From contig JAWLHK010000026.1 in NCBI GenBank assembly GCA_041690355.1, positions 1-64,000 of the forward strand: DNA of 64,000 nucleotides. The letters are read 5' to 3'. The translations under genes were made by a program, and so were the position numbers. Positions 21,877 through 31,900 of this stretch are shown here, piece after piece (position 1 is the stretch's first letter; every line of letters starts with the position of its first letter). The notes beneath the pieces are model-generated. The model made no database searches. It was not told the DNA's origin and saw nothing but the letters and a program-made list of their open reading frames with translations. Source of the DNA: a bacterium (GTDB lineage: Bacteria; J088; JAWLBW01).

Positions 21877-22512
21877 ATGAGTACCATCGGCTCCATGATC
21901 CGCCAGAATCGCCGGAAGAAAGAGCTTTCGCAGGCGCAACTGGCGAAGAAGATCGGCATTGACGCAACTTTCCTCAGTCGTATAGAAACCGGCAAGGCGC
22001 GTATCAGTGTCCGTCATGCACCGGCGCTGGCGAAGGCCCTCGATCTCGATGAAGCCGAGGTCATACAGGCCATCGAGGCATCGGCTCCACCCGTGAGTGG
22101 GCGCGGAGTCGGGAAAACGCCTGCTGGCAGTGAAGGCGGAAATGTCGCCGTGGTGGCCGAAATCGCGGCGGAAGAGGGTCGGTATACCCTTCTGGAAGAA
22201 AGTCCGCTTGTGGAGGCTCCGAGCGGCCTCAAATCGGCTGATCCGAACCTGCTTGCCGTCAGGATCAGCGGGAATGGTTACAGTCCACTGGCCGAAGACG
22301 GGGACATTCTCGTCATCTCCCCGGCACGGGCCTACCTGCCCAACGATCTGGTATTTCTGCGCACGACGGACAATCGCGGTTACGTGGGAAAGATTCAGTT
22401 CGAGGGCGATCAGGTCGTACTCCTGCCCGTTCAGCCCAAGCAGGCGAAAATCCGGCGGAAGAAAGGCGAGATTGAAAGCCTCTCCCGTGTAGTCCTGCGC
22501 TACGTGGCGTAG
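21877..22512 (+). CDS. XRE-family HTH repressor with C-terminal S24-like domain
   Basis: LSQAQLAKKIGIDATFLSRIETGK; C-terminal VRISGNGYSP..EDGDILVI. Confidence 0.85.
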   Translation: MSTIGSMIRQNRRKKELSQAQLAKKIGIDATFLSRIETGKARISVRHAPALAKALDLDEAEVIQAIEASAPPVSGRGVGKTPAGSEGGNVAVVAEIAAEEGRYTLLEESPLVEAPSGLKSADPNLLAVRISGNGYSPLAEDGDILVISPARAYLPNDLVFLRTTDNRGYVGKIQFEGDQVVLLPVQPKQAKIRRKKGEIESLSRVVLRYVA

Positions 22513-23108
22513 CATCGCTATTCCCTCCCCGCCGCCTGTTCAGCGGCACATCCAACACATCGGGATCACGTATTCTGGCACATCGGGGATCGCTCCGGCA
22601 AGCGAGTGTCAAGTATACGGAGGGAGTGAAAATGAGTTTGCATTCCCAGTTTATAAACCGGGAGTAAAAGCCAGTGTTCCCTCTGAATAACTACTCGCGG
22701 ATCACCTGTGAGAGTGCAATCACAAAATCACTTGGCCGGAGTAGTTGACTCCGGTGAGTATTCGGCTACCCAGTTGACGGGGGAAAGTGGGTATATTACT
22801 ACCCGTTTTTGGCGGGGTTTTATGCGACCTGCACTGGAAAGGAATGCTGGCATGGAACTAGCATAGTGTGGAGACGTGCCGGAAAACTCCCCTCACGGGA
22901 TGGCACGAAGGAAATTTCGGGTCGTTGCCTGAGCCTTGATCGGGCGTTCTTTCTTTATCCGACTTCCTTCAACAAGACAGCGATGTGTGGTTGCAGAAAG
23001 AGTTTCTGCAAGCAGGCGAGCTATGCCAATACTCGCATAGCCTCTCCGATAGGAGAGTTACGCCCACACATCACCTTTGTTGAATGGCAGTTTCAAAAGG
23101 TGAAAGAA

Positions 23109-25364
23109 ATGAATGCCATGAATAATGATCTGCTGCTCAGTGCAGCCCTTGACTACGCCAAGCGCGGCTTTTCCGTACTTCCCCTCCATTCTCCGATCTT
23201 CGATGAAGACGCTGTTCGGTGTTCTTGCGGGAACACGAGCGAAGACCATCGAAAGCATATCGGCAAACATCCCCGAACGCCGCACGGGTTCAAAGATGCG
23301 ACCACCGACGCTGAAAAGATTCGCCGCTGGTGGACTGATTACCCTGACGCTAACATCGGTATCGCCACGGGCAAGGTGTCTGGGATTTGGGTTGCCGACT
23401 ACGATCCCCGGAGTTCTGAAGGCGAGCGTTCATATATTGAACGATTCGGCCCTCAGAGTACGCCCCACACGCTCACCGGCGGACTGGGAGGCCACTTCCT
23501 CTACGCCTACCATGATGACCTTCCGAAGGGAGGCATCAAGGGCATTGACATCAAGTCGGACGGGGGTTATATCGTAGCTCCCCCCAGCCGCCATTTTTCC
23601 GGACGTGTATACGAATGGCAGGTTGATTTGGACACGCCTCTGGCCGATGTTCCCGTTCACTTGCTGGATGTGATCAAGAATGCAAGGAGGGGGGCAGGTT
23701 ATCTTGCCCCGGCCCACATCAGGCCTGTTCATCCGTACACCTACTGGGTGCGATGGGCCATCGAAAAACGTCTTCCCTTTCACGGTGAAGTGAGGAGGAA
23801 TGCATTCTTCGACCTCGCCTGTCAGCTTCGCGACAATCGCTACCCGTCAGACGAGTGCGAGGCGGCTGTGGAGGCGTACTGCGTTGCTGTGACCGACCTG
23901 AAGGATCATCCCTTTGATGTCGAGCAGGCAACTCAGATTCTCGACGACGTGATGACCAGAGAACCCCGTGATCCCGTCGTGGCTCGCGACGGTGGTCGTC
24001 CACTTACCGATCTTGCCGTGGCCGAAAGGTTCGCAATTGATTACGGCGAGCGCTTCCTCCACTGCCCCGAATTCGGTCACTGGCTGGTCTGGGACGGCGT
24101 CGTCTGGCGGGATGGTCGTGCAGAGGAAGTCTGGGAAGCAGCCTTTCAGCTCGTCCGCCGGATTCGGGCCGAGGCTGTTCGATCGAAGAAGAACGACGAA
24201 CAGGCCGAGGAAAAGAAGTACGATCCGGTGAAGGGGGCAAACCTGCTTCAGCGTAAGAGCCGGATTGAAGCGATCCTTGCCCTTGCAGGCCAGATGCTCA
24301 CCCGACATCAGCACGATCTCGATGGCGACGACAGCCGGTATCTGCTGTCCGTCGAAAATGGCACGGTCGATCTGAAGACCGGCAAGCTGCTCCCTCATGT
24401 ACCGGGGCGTTACATTACAAAATCCTGTCCTGTGACATTCGACGCGGAGGCAACCTGCCCCCAGTGGGGTTCGTTTCTGGATCGGGTCTTCGCCGGGAAT
24501 CAGGAACTTATCACCTACCTCCAGAAGGTGGTTGGCTACTCCATGCTGGGAATTACCAGCGAGCATGTTCTCTTCATCCTCTACGGAAGCGGCCGCAATG
24601 GTAAAACAACCGTTGTCGAGACGATTCGTGCAATGCTCGGCGACTATGCTCAGCAGCTTCCGGAGGGGGTTCTCACGAAATCCGATGGATTTGCCCGCAA
24701 AGCAGAGAATGCCGTTGCACGGCTTCGAGCGGCGCGGTTTGTGACAGCCACGGAACTGGAGGAAGGTGAACGGCTGGCCCCGGCCACCGTAAAGCTGCTT
24801 ACCGGCGGTGACAGGCTCGTTGGCAGGTTCCTCTATCGTGAGCACTTCGAGTTCGAGCCGCAGGCTGCATTCTGGATCTCGACGAACTACCGCCCGCACG
24901 CCGATGCAGATGACATGGCATTATGGGAGAGAATTCGTCTGATTCCATTCAGTGTGACTATTCCGGCAGAAGAACGCGATCCTTATCTGCGCGGGAGACT
25001 TCTGAAGGAACTTCCCGGCATTCTGAACTGGGCAATTCAGGGATGCCTTGCCTTCCAGCGCGAAGGACTGAAGACTCCGAAGGCCGTGGATGAGGCGTCG
25101 TCCGAATACCGGGATGAAGAGGATATCCTCGCCTGCTTCGTTGAAGAATGCTTTGATCACTCGGAGGCTGAATACAAGAACCCCAACGACGAGGTATGGA
25201 AAGCCTACGGAGATTGGTGCGACTTCAACGACGAGCGGAAACTCGCACGAAACACCTTCTTCAAGCGCATGCGGGAAAGAGGTTTCGAGTCCCGGAAATC
25301 CGGCAGTACCCGCTATCTGATCGGTTCAAAACTGACGCCGAAGGATACCAGCGTCGGTTTCTGA
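23109..25364 (+). CDS. Bifunctional Prim-Pol plus D5/P4-family SF3 primase-helicase
   Basis: ALDYAKRGFSVLPL, KHP, DATTD, ANIGIATG, GGYIVAPPS; Walker A GSGRNGKT; KLLTGGD. Confidence 0.92.
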   Translation: MNAMNNDLLLSAALDYAKRGFSVLPLHSPIFDEDAVRCSCGNTSEDHRKHIGKHPRTPHGFKDATTDAEKIRRWWTDYPDANIGIATGKVSGIWVADYDPRSSEGERSYIERFGPQSTPHTLTGGLGGHFLYAYHDDLPKGGIKGIDIKSDGGYIVAPPSRHFSGRVYEWQVDLDTPLADVPVHLLDVIKNARRGAGYLAPAHIRPVHPYTYWVRWAIEKRLPFHGEVRRNAFFDLACQLRDNRYPSDECEAAVEAYCVAVTDLKDHPFDVEQATQILDDVMTREPRDPVVARDGGRPLTDLAVAERFAIDYGERFLHCPEFGHWLVWDGVVWRDGRAEEVWEAAFQLVRRIRAEAVRSKKNDEQAEEKKYDPVKGANLLQRKSRIEAILALAGQMLTRHQHDLDGDDSRYLLSVENGTVDLKTGKLLPHVPGRYITKSCPVTFDAEATCPQWGSFLDRVFAGNQELITYLQKVVGYSMLGITSEHVLFILYGSGRNGKTTVVETIRAMLGDYAQQLPEGVLTKSDGFARKAENAVARLRAARFVTATELEEGERLAPATVKLLTGGDRLVGRFLYREHFEFEPQAAFWISTNYRPHADADDMALWERIRLIPFSVTIPAEERDPYLRGRLLKELPGILNWAIQGCLAFQREGLKTPKAVDEASSEYRDEEDILACFVEECFDHSEAEYKNPNDEVWKAYGDWCDFNDERKLARNTFFKRMRERGFESRKSGSTRYLIGSKLTPKDTSVGF

Positions 25365-25380
25365 CCGGAGTGATAACCGA

Positions 25381-25412
25381 GAGGCCACCCCAACAACCGG
25401 GGTGGTTTTTCA
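25381..25412 (+). terminator. Putative intrinsic terminator after primase
   Basis: gccaccc-aacaacc-ggggtgg followed by T6. Confidence 0.55.
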
Positions 25413-25792
25413 TTTTCCCCATTGGGACAGGCGGGACGGGAAGAACCCGCTTTGGGAAAACCTTCTTTGTTTTTACCTCTTCCGGGGACTTTTCCAGAGA
25501 GATATAGATCCTGTCCCAGCCGTCCCACATGGGGGTATGATTTCGGCCAGTTTTACTCCTGAGCGGCCCCTTTTCCGGTAAAAATTCGGCGGAAAGAGGG
25601 GCCATGTGAGTATACGGTAGTGTCCTAGTAGCACTTCAGAGGTAGATATCGCCTGTAGCCCCCATGGATAAAGGTTTTCATCCATTTATGCGGGGTCAAC
25701 TCAGGGGTATGTATGCTATAGCCCTCACAGTGAAATGACCCCCATGCGCTAGGACCCACACACACATTACCCAGCCGCCACCCAAAAATCGG

Positions 25793-26791
25793 TCACAGAC
25801 CGAGCGTCGAGGCAGCATTTTCGCGAAAAAGAGAGCCGTGACGAATGTACTTCCGCAGGGTAATGAGGCTACGGTGACGAGTCTGGTTCTGGATACTCCG
25901 CTCACTCGCCCCTGATGCTGCCGCCTGTGTCGCCAGTCCTGCTCTCAGCGAGTGTCCTGCAAACCTGTCTGGTGACAGACCGATCCGCCGGCAATGCTCT
26001 TTTATGACTAGCGCAATTCCGTTTCCTGACAGCCTCTCCCCGTGAATCCGCCCGTGCCTGTCCATCGGGCGGAAAATGCCGCCAGAACCGATTTCTGAGG
26101 CCTCCAGCCATGCTTTCAGAGCCGCCACAGGACACGTTTCAATATGATTTCCATGTGGGACACCTACCTGCTGACCGGCACCTTCCTGATCGGTCTTTGA
26201 GCGGCGAATAAGAACAATGATTCCTTCCTCGGTGAAGGTGATATCTTCCACGTTCAGGCCTGCTAACTCAGCCCGCCGCAGACCACCTGCAAAACCGATG
26301 AGCAGTAGAGCACGATCACGGATTCCCTTTCGATTGTCCGGTAACTGAGCGAGCATAGCGCGAATGTCGGCGGAGAGAAGTGGTGACTTCCCGGTTTGGG
26401 CAGTACCGAGAGTACGCCTTACCCCGGCCATGAGGGTACGGACCATGGCAGACTTCGTGGGTGATTCATACCCGGCCAGTTGATGGGCTTGGGAGATGGC
26501 GCACAGTCGCCGGTTGATCGTACTGACCTTCTTCCCCGAATCCGCCAATTCGGTCAGATACAGGCAAACTGTTTCGGAAAAGGCGGGGAGCGGGAGCAGA
26601 TGACGCTCCGCGCAGAAGCCAACAAAGCAGTCCCAGTCTGACCGGTAAGCTCGCCGGGTACTCGAAGCCTTGCTCTCGGCGAAATACCGGCGGCTCTGGG
26701 TGGACAGGTCTACGAGTCGGCTATCAGTGGAAGAAGCCTCCGCTGACTCAACTTGTGCAGATGCTGACTCTTGATAACGTTCAATTCTCAC
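25793..26791 (-). CDS. Second tyrosine recombinase (XerD/Cre-like with SAM-like N-domain)
   Basis: STRRAYRSDW, RDRALLLIGFAGGLRRAEL, RSKTDQEG, GHSLRAG, QTRHRS, KYIR. Confidence 0.92.
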   Translation of the reverse strand: MRIERYQESASAQVESAEASSTDSRLVDLSTQSRRYFAESKASSTRRAYRSDWDCFVGFCAERHLLPLPAFSETVCLYLTELADSGKKVSTINRRLCAISQAHQLAGYESPTKSAMVRTLMAGVRRTLGTAQTGKSPLLSADIRAMLAQLPDNRKGIRDRALLLIGFAGGLRRAELAGLNVEDITFTEEGIIVLIRRSKTDQEGAGQQVGVPHGNHIETCPVAALKAWLEASEIGSGGIFRPMDRHGRIHGERLSGNGIALVIKEHCRRIGLSPDRFAGHSLRAGLATQAAASGASERSIQNQTRHRSLITLRKYIRHGSLFRENAASTLGL

Positions 26792-27006
26792 AAGTCAGAA
26801 TGTAGCAGGAAACCCGCTCGCAAAACAGGATACGGGTGGTCTGGGGATAAGCAGTCGGTAAGCTGGCAGGGAGAGAAATTGGCGAGACGTGGGAGCAGGA
26901 AGGCCGACCATCAACGACTTGTTGGCACGATTCTTCGGGACTGGGGATACTTCGTCTCAGCAACCGTATGCAAACTTGACAGGTCTAGGAGGGCGCGAAA
27001 CCAAAC

Positions 27007-27873
27007 TTACCCGAACAGGGTTCGCTGACCACTGTGCTGAATGGCTGTGATTTTTTTCCAGAACTCGGCTCCCTTGGGATTCTTACTCGCAAAAACCAAG
27101 TCGTATAGTGAAACATTCTTCTGCCAGTATTTGATCTTCTGAGAATCACCGACGAAGGAATAGCCGAGATTGCGCAATCTTTCCGTGTATAAGTTCAGGA
27201 GTTGCCGAACTGTTTTCCCTCTCCAATCTGGGGTCCCGAAGTAGATGTCGAATTCGGTTTTCTGGTCCTTCGGCTTTTCCTCCTGATACGGCTGCTGCCT
27301 CTTCAGGTTCATGCCGGTTGGAACGAGGATAAGAAAGTCATTCACCACTTCAGAGAGCTTACGAATAGTTTCCCAATGGATTTCGATGCCGGGTGGGTCA
27401 ATGAACGCAAAGACAAGGCTTCTTGGCCCGAGAGCCTTAACGTCTTCGACCACCTGTTCGACCTCCATATTCGCGTCTCCCTGTCTAATAGAGATGTTTT
27501 TCTCCGGCCTGTAAGAGGTCACACGAGCGTCAAGAGCCTCGACGCAGTGCTTGGACATGTCGACGAAGAAGTAGTGCGTAAAACCAAGTTGCAGCGCAAG
27601 AAGCGGGGAGCCATCAGAGAACGTCTGGTTTGGTCGAACTCGGCAACGTCCGGGGCCAGCGAACAAGTCGATATAGACAAGGTTCGGCCACTTGTTCTTC
27701 ATCCCTTTGGAAAAGATGTCCGCGTAACGGCTGAGGTAATGATGCTTATCTTCATTCCAGTCGCCTACACACCGGCTGGGAAGGCCATCAACGGAGTCCA
27801 TCGCGACGGCACAGCATCCGTCCGTCATGTTTTCTTCTCGATCCTCACAACCGGGGCAGTTCTTGTCACTCAT
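27007..27873 (-). CDS. tcmP: Three-Cys-motif partner protein (TcmP family, methyltransferase-like)
   Basis: W.EDKH.YL..Y, YIDLFAGPG, DGSPL, GDAN, FIDPPG, YDLVFASKNPKG; directly downstream of DUF5131 gene. Confidence 0.85.
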   Translation of the reverse strand: MSDKNCPGCEDREENMTDGCCAVAMDSVDGLPSRCVGDWNEDKHHYLSRYADIFSKGMKNKWPNLVYIDLFAGPGRCRVRPNQTFSDGSPLLALQLGFTHYFFVDMSKHCVEALDARVTSYRPEKNISIRQGDANMEVEQVVEDVKALGPRSLVFAFIDPPGIEIHWETIRKLSEVVNDFLILVPTGMNLKRQQPYQEEKPKDQKTEFDIYFGTPDWRGKTVRQLLNLYTERLRNLGYSFVGDSQKIKYWQKNVSLYDLVFASKNPKGAEFWKKITAIQHSGQRTLFG

Positions 27874-27882
27874 TACGATTGC

Positions 27883-28599
27883 TCAACCTGTCAGTGCCAG
27901 AGGCATTTCATCCCATGTGCGACCATCCAGTTCACGTCCTGTACGGTGTTTCCGCACACCGCCCCACTGCTTGAAGAAAAAGGGGACTCCCTGCTCTCGG
28001 CAACTATCACGGAGACTACGCACCCATTCAGGCTTCATCGGACGAGCACCGGGTCCACTTTCACCGCCAGCGATTACCCAGTGGATATCAGTCAGGTCAA
28101 GGTCAACGGGGCCCAGTAGTGGCTCCACGGAAAGAAACCTGACTGCCGCCGGAACGCGACGTAGGTAATCAACCCTGTCTGCGTACTTCTGGTTCTCGAC
28201 ACTCACGCCTTGCCAGACATTCTCCGGCCAGACAAGTTCGTCAGCCACTTCGGCGAGTCGATCCGCCCGCTTGGTAAGGATCTGAAACGTGTGCTGTTCC
28301 GCCTTCCGCATTACTTTGAAGACCTTCTTGATGAAGGCCACCGGAACATCCTTCTGGAAGAGATCTGACATGCTGTTCACGAAGATGACCCGTGGCTCGC
28401 GCCACTTCAGCGGCTGTTCAAGTAGCTCGGGTACGAGACGGAGGTCAAAGCCCTGCTCGTACGGGTGGTCGGGAATACCTCTCCAACGTTCTGCAAAGCG
28501 CTCAGCGTAGCAGTGCTTGCAGCCGGGACTGATTTTGGTACATCCGCGAACGGGATTCCAAGTCGCCTCCGTCCATTCTATGGTTGAGCGTTGTGCCAT
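27883..28599 (-). CDS. Phage Gp37/Gp68 family protein (DUF5131; three-Cys motif)
   Basis: [60 protein letters not shown]. Confidence 0.92.
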   Translation of the reverse strand: MAQRSTIEWTEATWNPVRGCTKISPGCKHCYAERFAERWRGIPDHPYEQGFDLRLVPELLEQPLKWREPRVIFVNSMSDLFQKDVPVAFIKKVFKVMRKAEQHTFQILTKRADRLAEVADELVWPENVWQGVSVENQKYADRVDYLRRVPAAVRFLSVEPLLGPVDLDLTDIHWVIAGGESGPGARPMKPEWVRSLRDSCREQGVPFFFKQWGGVRKHRTGRELDGRTWDEMPLALTG

Positions 28600-28726
28600 A
28601 TTGGCATTCTACCAGACGCAGAGACAGCGGTTGTCTCCCGCCCAAATCCGCCCTCTCACGCCTTTTCTCCCCGCAACATGCCCACGGGGCAGCCCTCGGT
28701 GAGAAAAGGGGCAGAGGGCGACTGGA

Positions 28727-28945
28727 CTACCCAACGATCTCAAGTCCAACAACCTTGCCATTCTTCAGGTCGATAACGAGCCTACTTCCATCGCAAAGCT
28801 CATACTCTTTCGACTCCACACCCTCAACCCGGGCACTGCCAAATCTCACATACAACGCCTGCCGAGGCGGTACGCCGTCGTCGTCAGACTGAATGTCACC
28901 TGAGTCCACTGCTTCCACGAGCTTCATAAATTGAATTTCTGCCAT
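28727..28945 (-). CDS. Small acidic DUF2283-like protein, putative immunity protein of the Rhs toxin
   Basis: ALYVRF...VIDLKNGKVVGLEIV; starts 12 nt after the toxin stop. Confidence 0.7.
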   Translation of the reverse strand: MAEIQFMKLVEAVDSGDIQSDDDGVPPRQALYVRFGSARVEGVESKEYELCDGSRLVIDLKNGKVVGLEIVG

Positions 28946-28957
28946 TGAACCTATCCT

Positions 28958-31900
28958 CTATTTCGTCCGCCATGTGGTCACGACCTCCCCATTTTCGTTA
29001 ACTACGACAGTGGCTTCTCTACCCTCGTATCTAGTAGTACCCCTATCTGGCTGCTCGATGACGCTAACGGGATTTTCTACGGCATCCTCCATCGCCTCAT
29101 CGGTAACTTGACGCTGCCTCTGCCGTTCCGCACCGTGCTTTGTTTTTCCCTTAATCTTCTTCCCAACCGCGTTGAGAATAGTCGTGACTGTACGGCGTCC
29201 CGCTCCAGCCATACCACCTGTCAGAACATCGACCACCGTGTCTATGGGATCCCAGTCTGGGTCTTCAAGCGGTGGGTCGTAGGGCGGCGGGGGATATGGG
29301 CAGGTGTTCTCTAGCCCAGAGGGGTCTACCCAGTTAACAGGATCGTTGTTGACGTATCCATACAGATTCAGGCCGCCGCCAAAGCGGATTGGATCTTTGG
29401 TAATCCAAAGTCCACTCGTAGGATCGTAGTCCCTCTCACCGAAGCGTACAAGCCCAGTATCTACATCGTATAGGCCGAATGCAAAGCCGAATGGCTGGAA
29501 GTTGGGGTTGGAGTCATGCTGGACGTTTCCGAATTCATCATATTCAATGTGCTGTACAACATTTCCGGTAACGATATCCACAACATACCGAACCGAACCA
29601 AGGTGATTGGTGATGAGACGATATGTCTTGCCGTCCTTCACCATATACGCGGGTGCTGCCCCGGCAAGATCGGAGAAAAACCGACCCACAACATTGCCGG
29701 TGGCGTCAATTTGCGCGCTTATCCTCAGATTACCACCGTACAACCATCCTTTGACAAACACCCCGTCAATCTTCTTCCCGATTCGACGGTTCTGGCCATC
29801 GATGACGTACTCAATCAACCGACCATCTGGGAGCGACACCGACAGAAGGTTGCCATTGGCGTCGTACCTATACTCCCAAACCTCCCCCGTCACCACATTC
29901 TCTTTCCGCCGCAACTCCCCATTCGCCGTGTACTCATACACGAAATCGCCATAGGTCAGCAAGCGATCTTGGGCATCATACGTACCAGTGAACGAACCAA
30001 GCTCCCCGCTGTACGACAGCCGATTCCCGTTACTGTCGTAAGTGTACGACGACGAAGGGATCCCGTTCTTGTCCACGCCCGTCAACCGACCAGCGAGGTC
30101 GTAGTGGTAGTCGTAGGTCGTGGTGACGCCATTCACGGTTTCGGTCTTGCTCGAAATGCGACCGATAGCGTCACGAACGTAGGAAACGTCGTAAAGGGTA
30201 TTCGTGCCGTTGAAGGTCGCCGTGTAGCCGATGGGTTCAGCGAAGCCGTTGTAGGAAATGCTATCGGAGACTCCACCGATGGAACTGCCGGTAATCAGCC
30301 CGTTGTCAGGATCACGAGCGATGACAAAGTCCACCGCCGAACCATTTACCGTCGTGTTCGCACCCGTCAACAACCCGTCCAAGTCGTAAGTGAAATTCAC
30401 GGTGTTCGCACCGTTTACCGACTCACTCGTAACCCAGAAGTTGTTATCGTAAGTCCGAGAAATGCTCCCGTTGACCTCGCCATTGCTCCACGTCGTAGAC
30501 AAGAGCAACGAACCATCGTAAGCATAAGACAGCACGCCACCATCCGGCGCTGTAATGTTCGCCAACCGACCAGCCGAGTCGTACCCGAAGGTCGTATCCC
30601 CCCGTGGCTGCACGATCTTCTTCAGCCTGCCCGTGTTCGGATTCGGGAGAGGGAGGCGCGGATCATTGTCACCCTCGTACAGGTATTCGACGGTCACGCC
30701 ATCGGGTCGATTCACTGCAACCAGTTGCTTCGCCTGGTTGTAGTCGTAGGTCGTCGCGACGGGGCCGCCGATGCGCGGGGGTTGGTAATCGCTCGTCAAC
30801 CCTGCCGGATTGTAGAGGAACTCGTGCGCCGGGCGGCCGGGGGGCGTGACCGAGGTCAGGTTGCCGGCGCCGTCGTAGGCATAGCTCACGATGCGTCCGT
30901 CGGGGAGCTCCTGCCAGGTCAGCCGGTCGGCCGCGTCGTATCCGAACCGCACACGCCGCCCCGCCGGATCGACCAGCTCGGCCAGCCGGCCCAGGGGGTC
31001 ATAGTCCATCCCGGTCACCCGCGCCTCGCCGTCGGCGGCGGTCTGGCGGATTTCTGTCAGCTTGCCATCGTCGCGGTACGTCAGGTTCGTCGGGGCGATG
31101 CCCGGCGTTTCCTGCGCGACCACGCGCCCCTTTTCGTCGTGGACCGATACCGATTCGCGCCCTTCGGGGGTGAGCCGGCGGTTCGTGCGGGTAGCCGCCC
31201 GCCACTGTGAGGCATAGACACGGCCGTTGACCGTCTGGACCTCATCGCGCGCGGTCATGCTCAGCGGGTCGAGCCGGTTCGCGAGGGTCACCGTCTTCAC
31301 GGTCGTCGAGGTGCGCGTGCGGCCCGAGGCCATGCGCACCGCTTCAGAGGCGGTATAGGGGCTGTTCATGCCGAAGCGCGGGTCGGGCTTGACCGTGGTC
31401 GTCGTGCGGATGCCGCCCGATACGTTGCGCACCGTCGCGCCGCCCGTATCCCGCTCGGTGATCTCGCGGGACCCGTCGGGGCGCGTCACCGCACGCCGCT
31501 CCTGGCCCGAGGCGCCGCGCACGATGTCGATGCGCGTCAGCCGGCCCAGCGGGTCGGTCATGTCGACGCGGCCGCCGGTCTTCGCCAGGTACTGCATGCC
31601 GCCGAGGGGGTTCCGGTTGCGGTAGAGCAGCCCCGAAGCGGTATAGCTTGCCATATCCTCGCCGCCGATGGGGGTCCGGATGCGGCGCAGGAGCCCGTCG
31701 GCGCTGTGGTAGAGTTCTGTCTCGTTCCCCGCCGGGTCGATGACGCCGGCCAGGTACTTGTTGCTGTCGATCACCAGCTCGGTGCGCTGCCCATAGGGCG
31801 CCACGATGGCCGAGGCGTGACCCAGCAGGTCGCGTTCGATCCAGGTCGTCTTTCCGTCGACATCGGTGAGCGACGTCAGCCAGCCGGCGGGGTCGTAGGC

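Larger units (their letters stand above)
19239..30731. mobile_element. Integrative element (satellite/IME-like) bounded by 21-bp direct repeats TTCACTGCAACCAGTTGCTTC
   Basis: Exact repeat at 19239-19259 and 30711-30731; contains two tyrosine recombinases, repressor and primase-helicase; lower GC than flanks; no capsid or conjugation genes. Confidence 0.75.

Noticed and set aside
22809-23108. First 100 codons of the primase ORF
   Set aside because: The Prim-Pol domain begins after the ATG at 23109; upstream sequence looks regulatory.
19239-30731. Complete prophage or ICE
   Set aside because: No capsid, terminase, tail, relaxase or T4SS genes.
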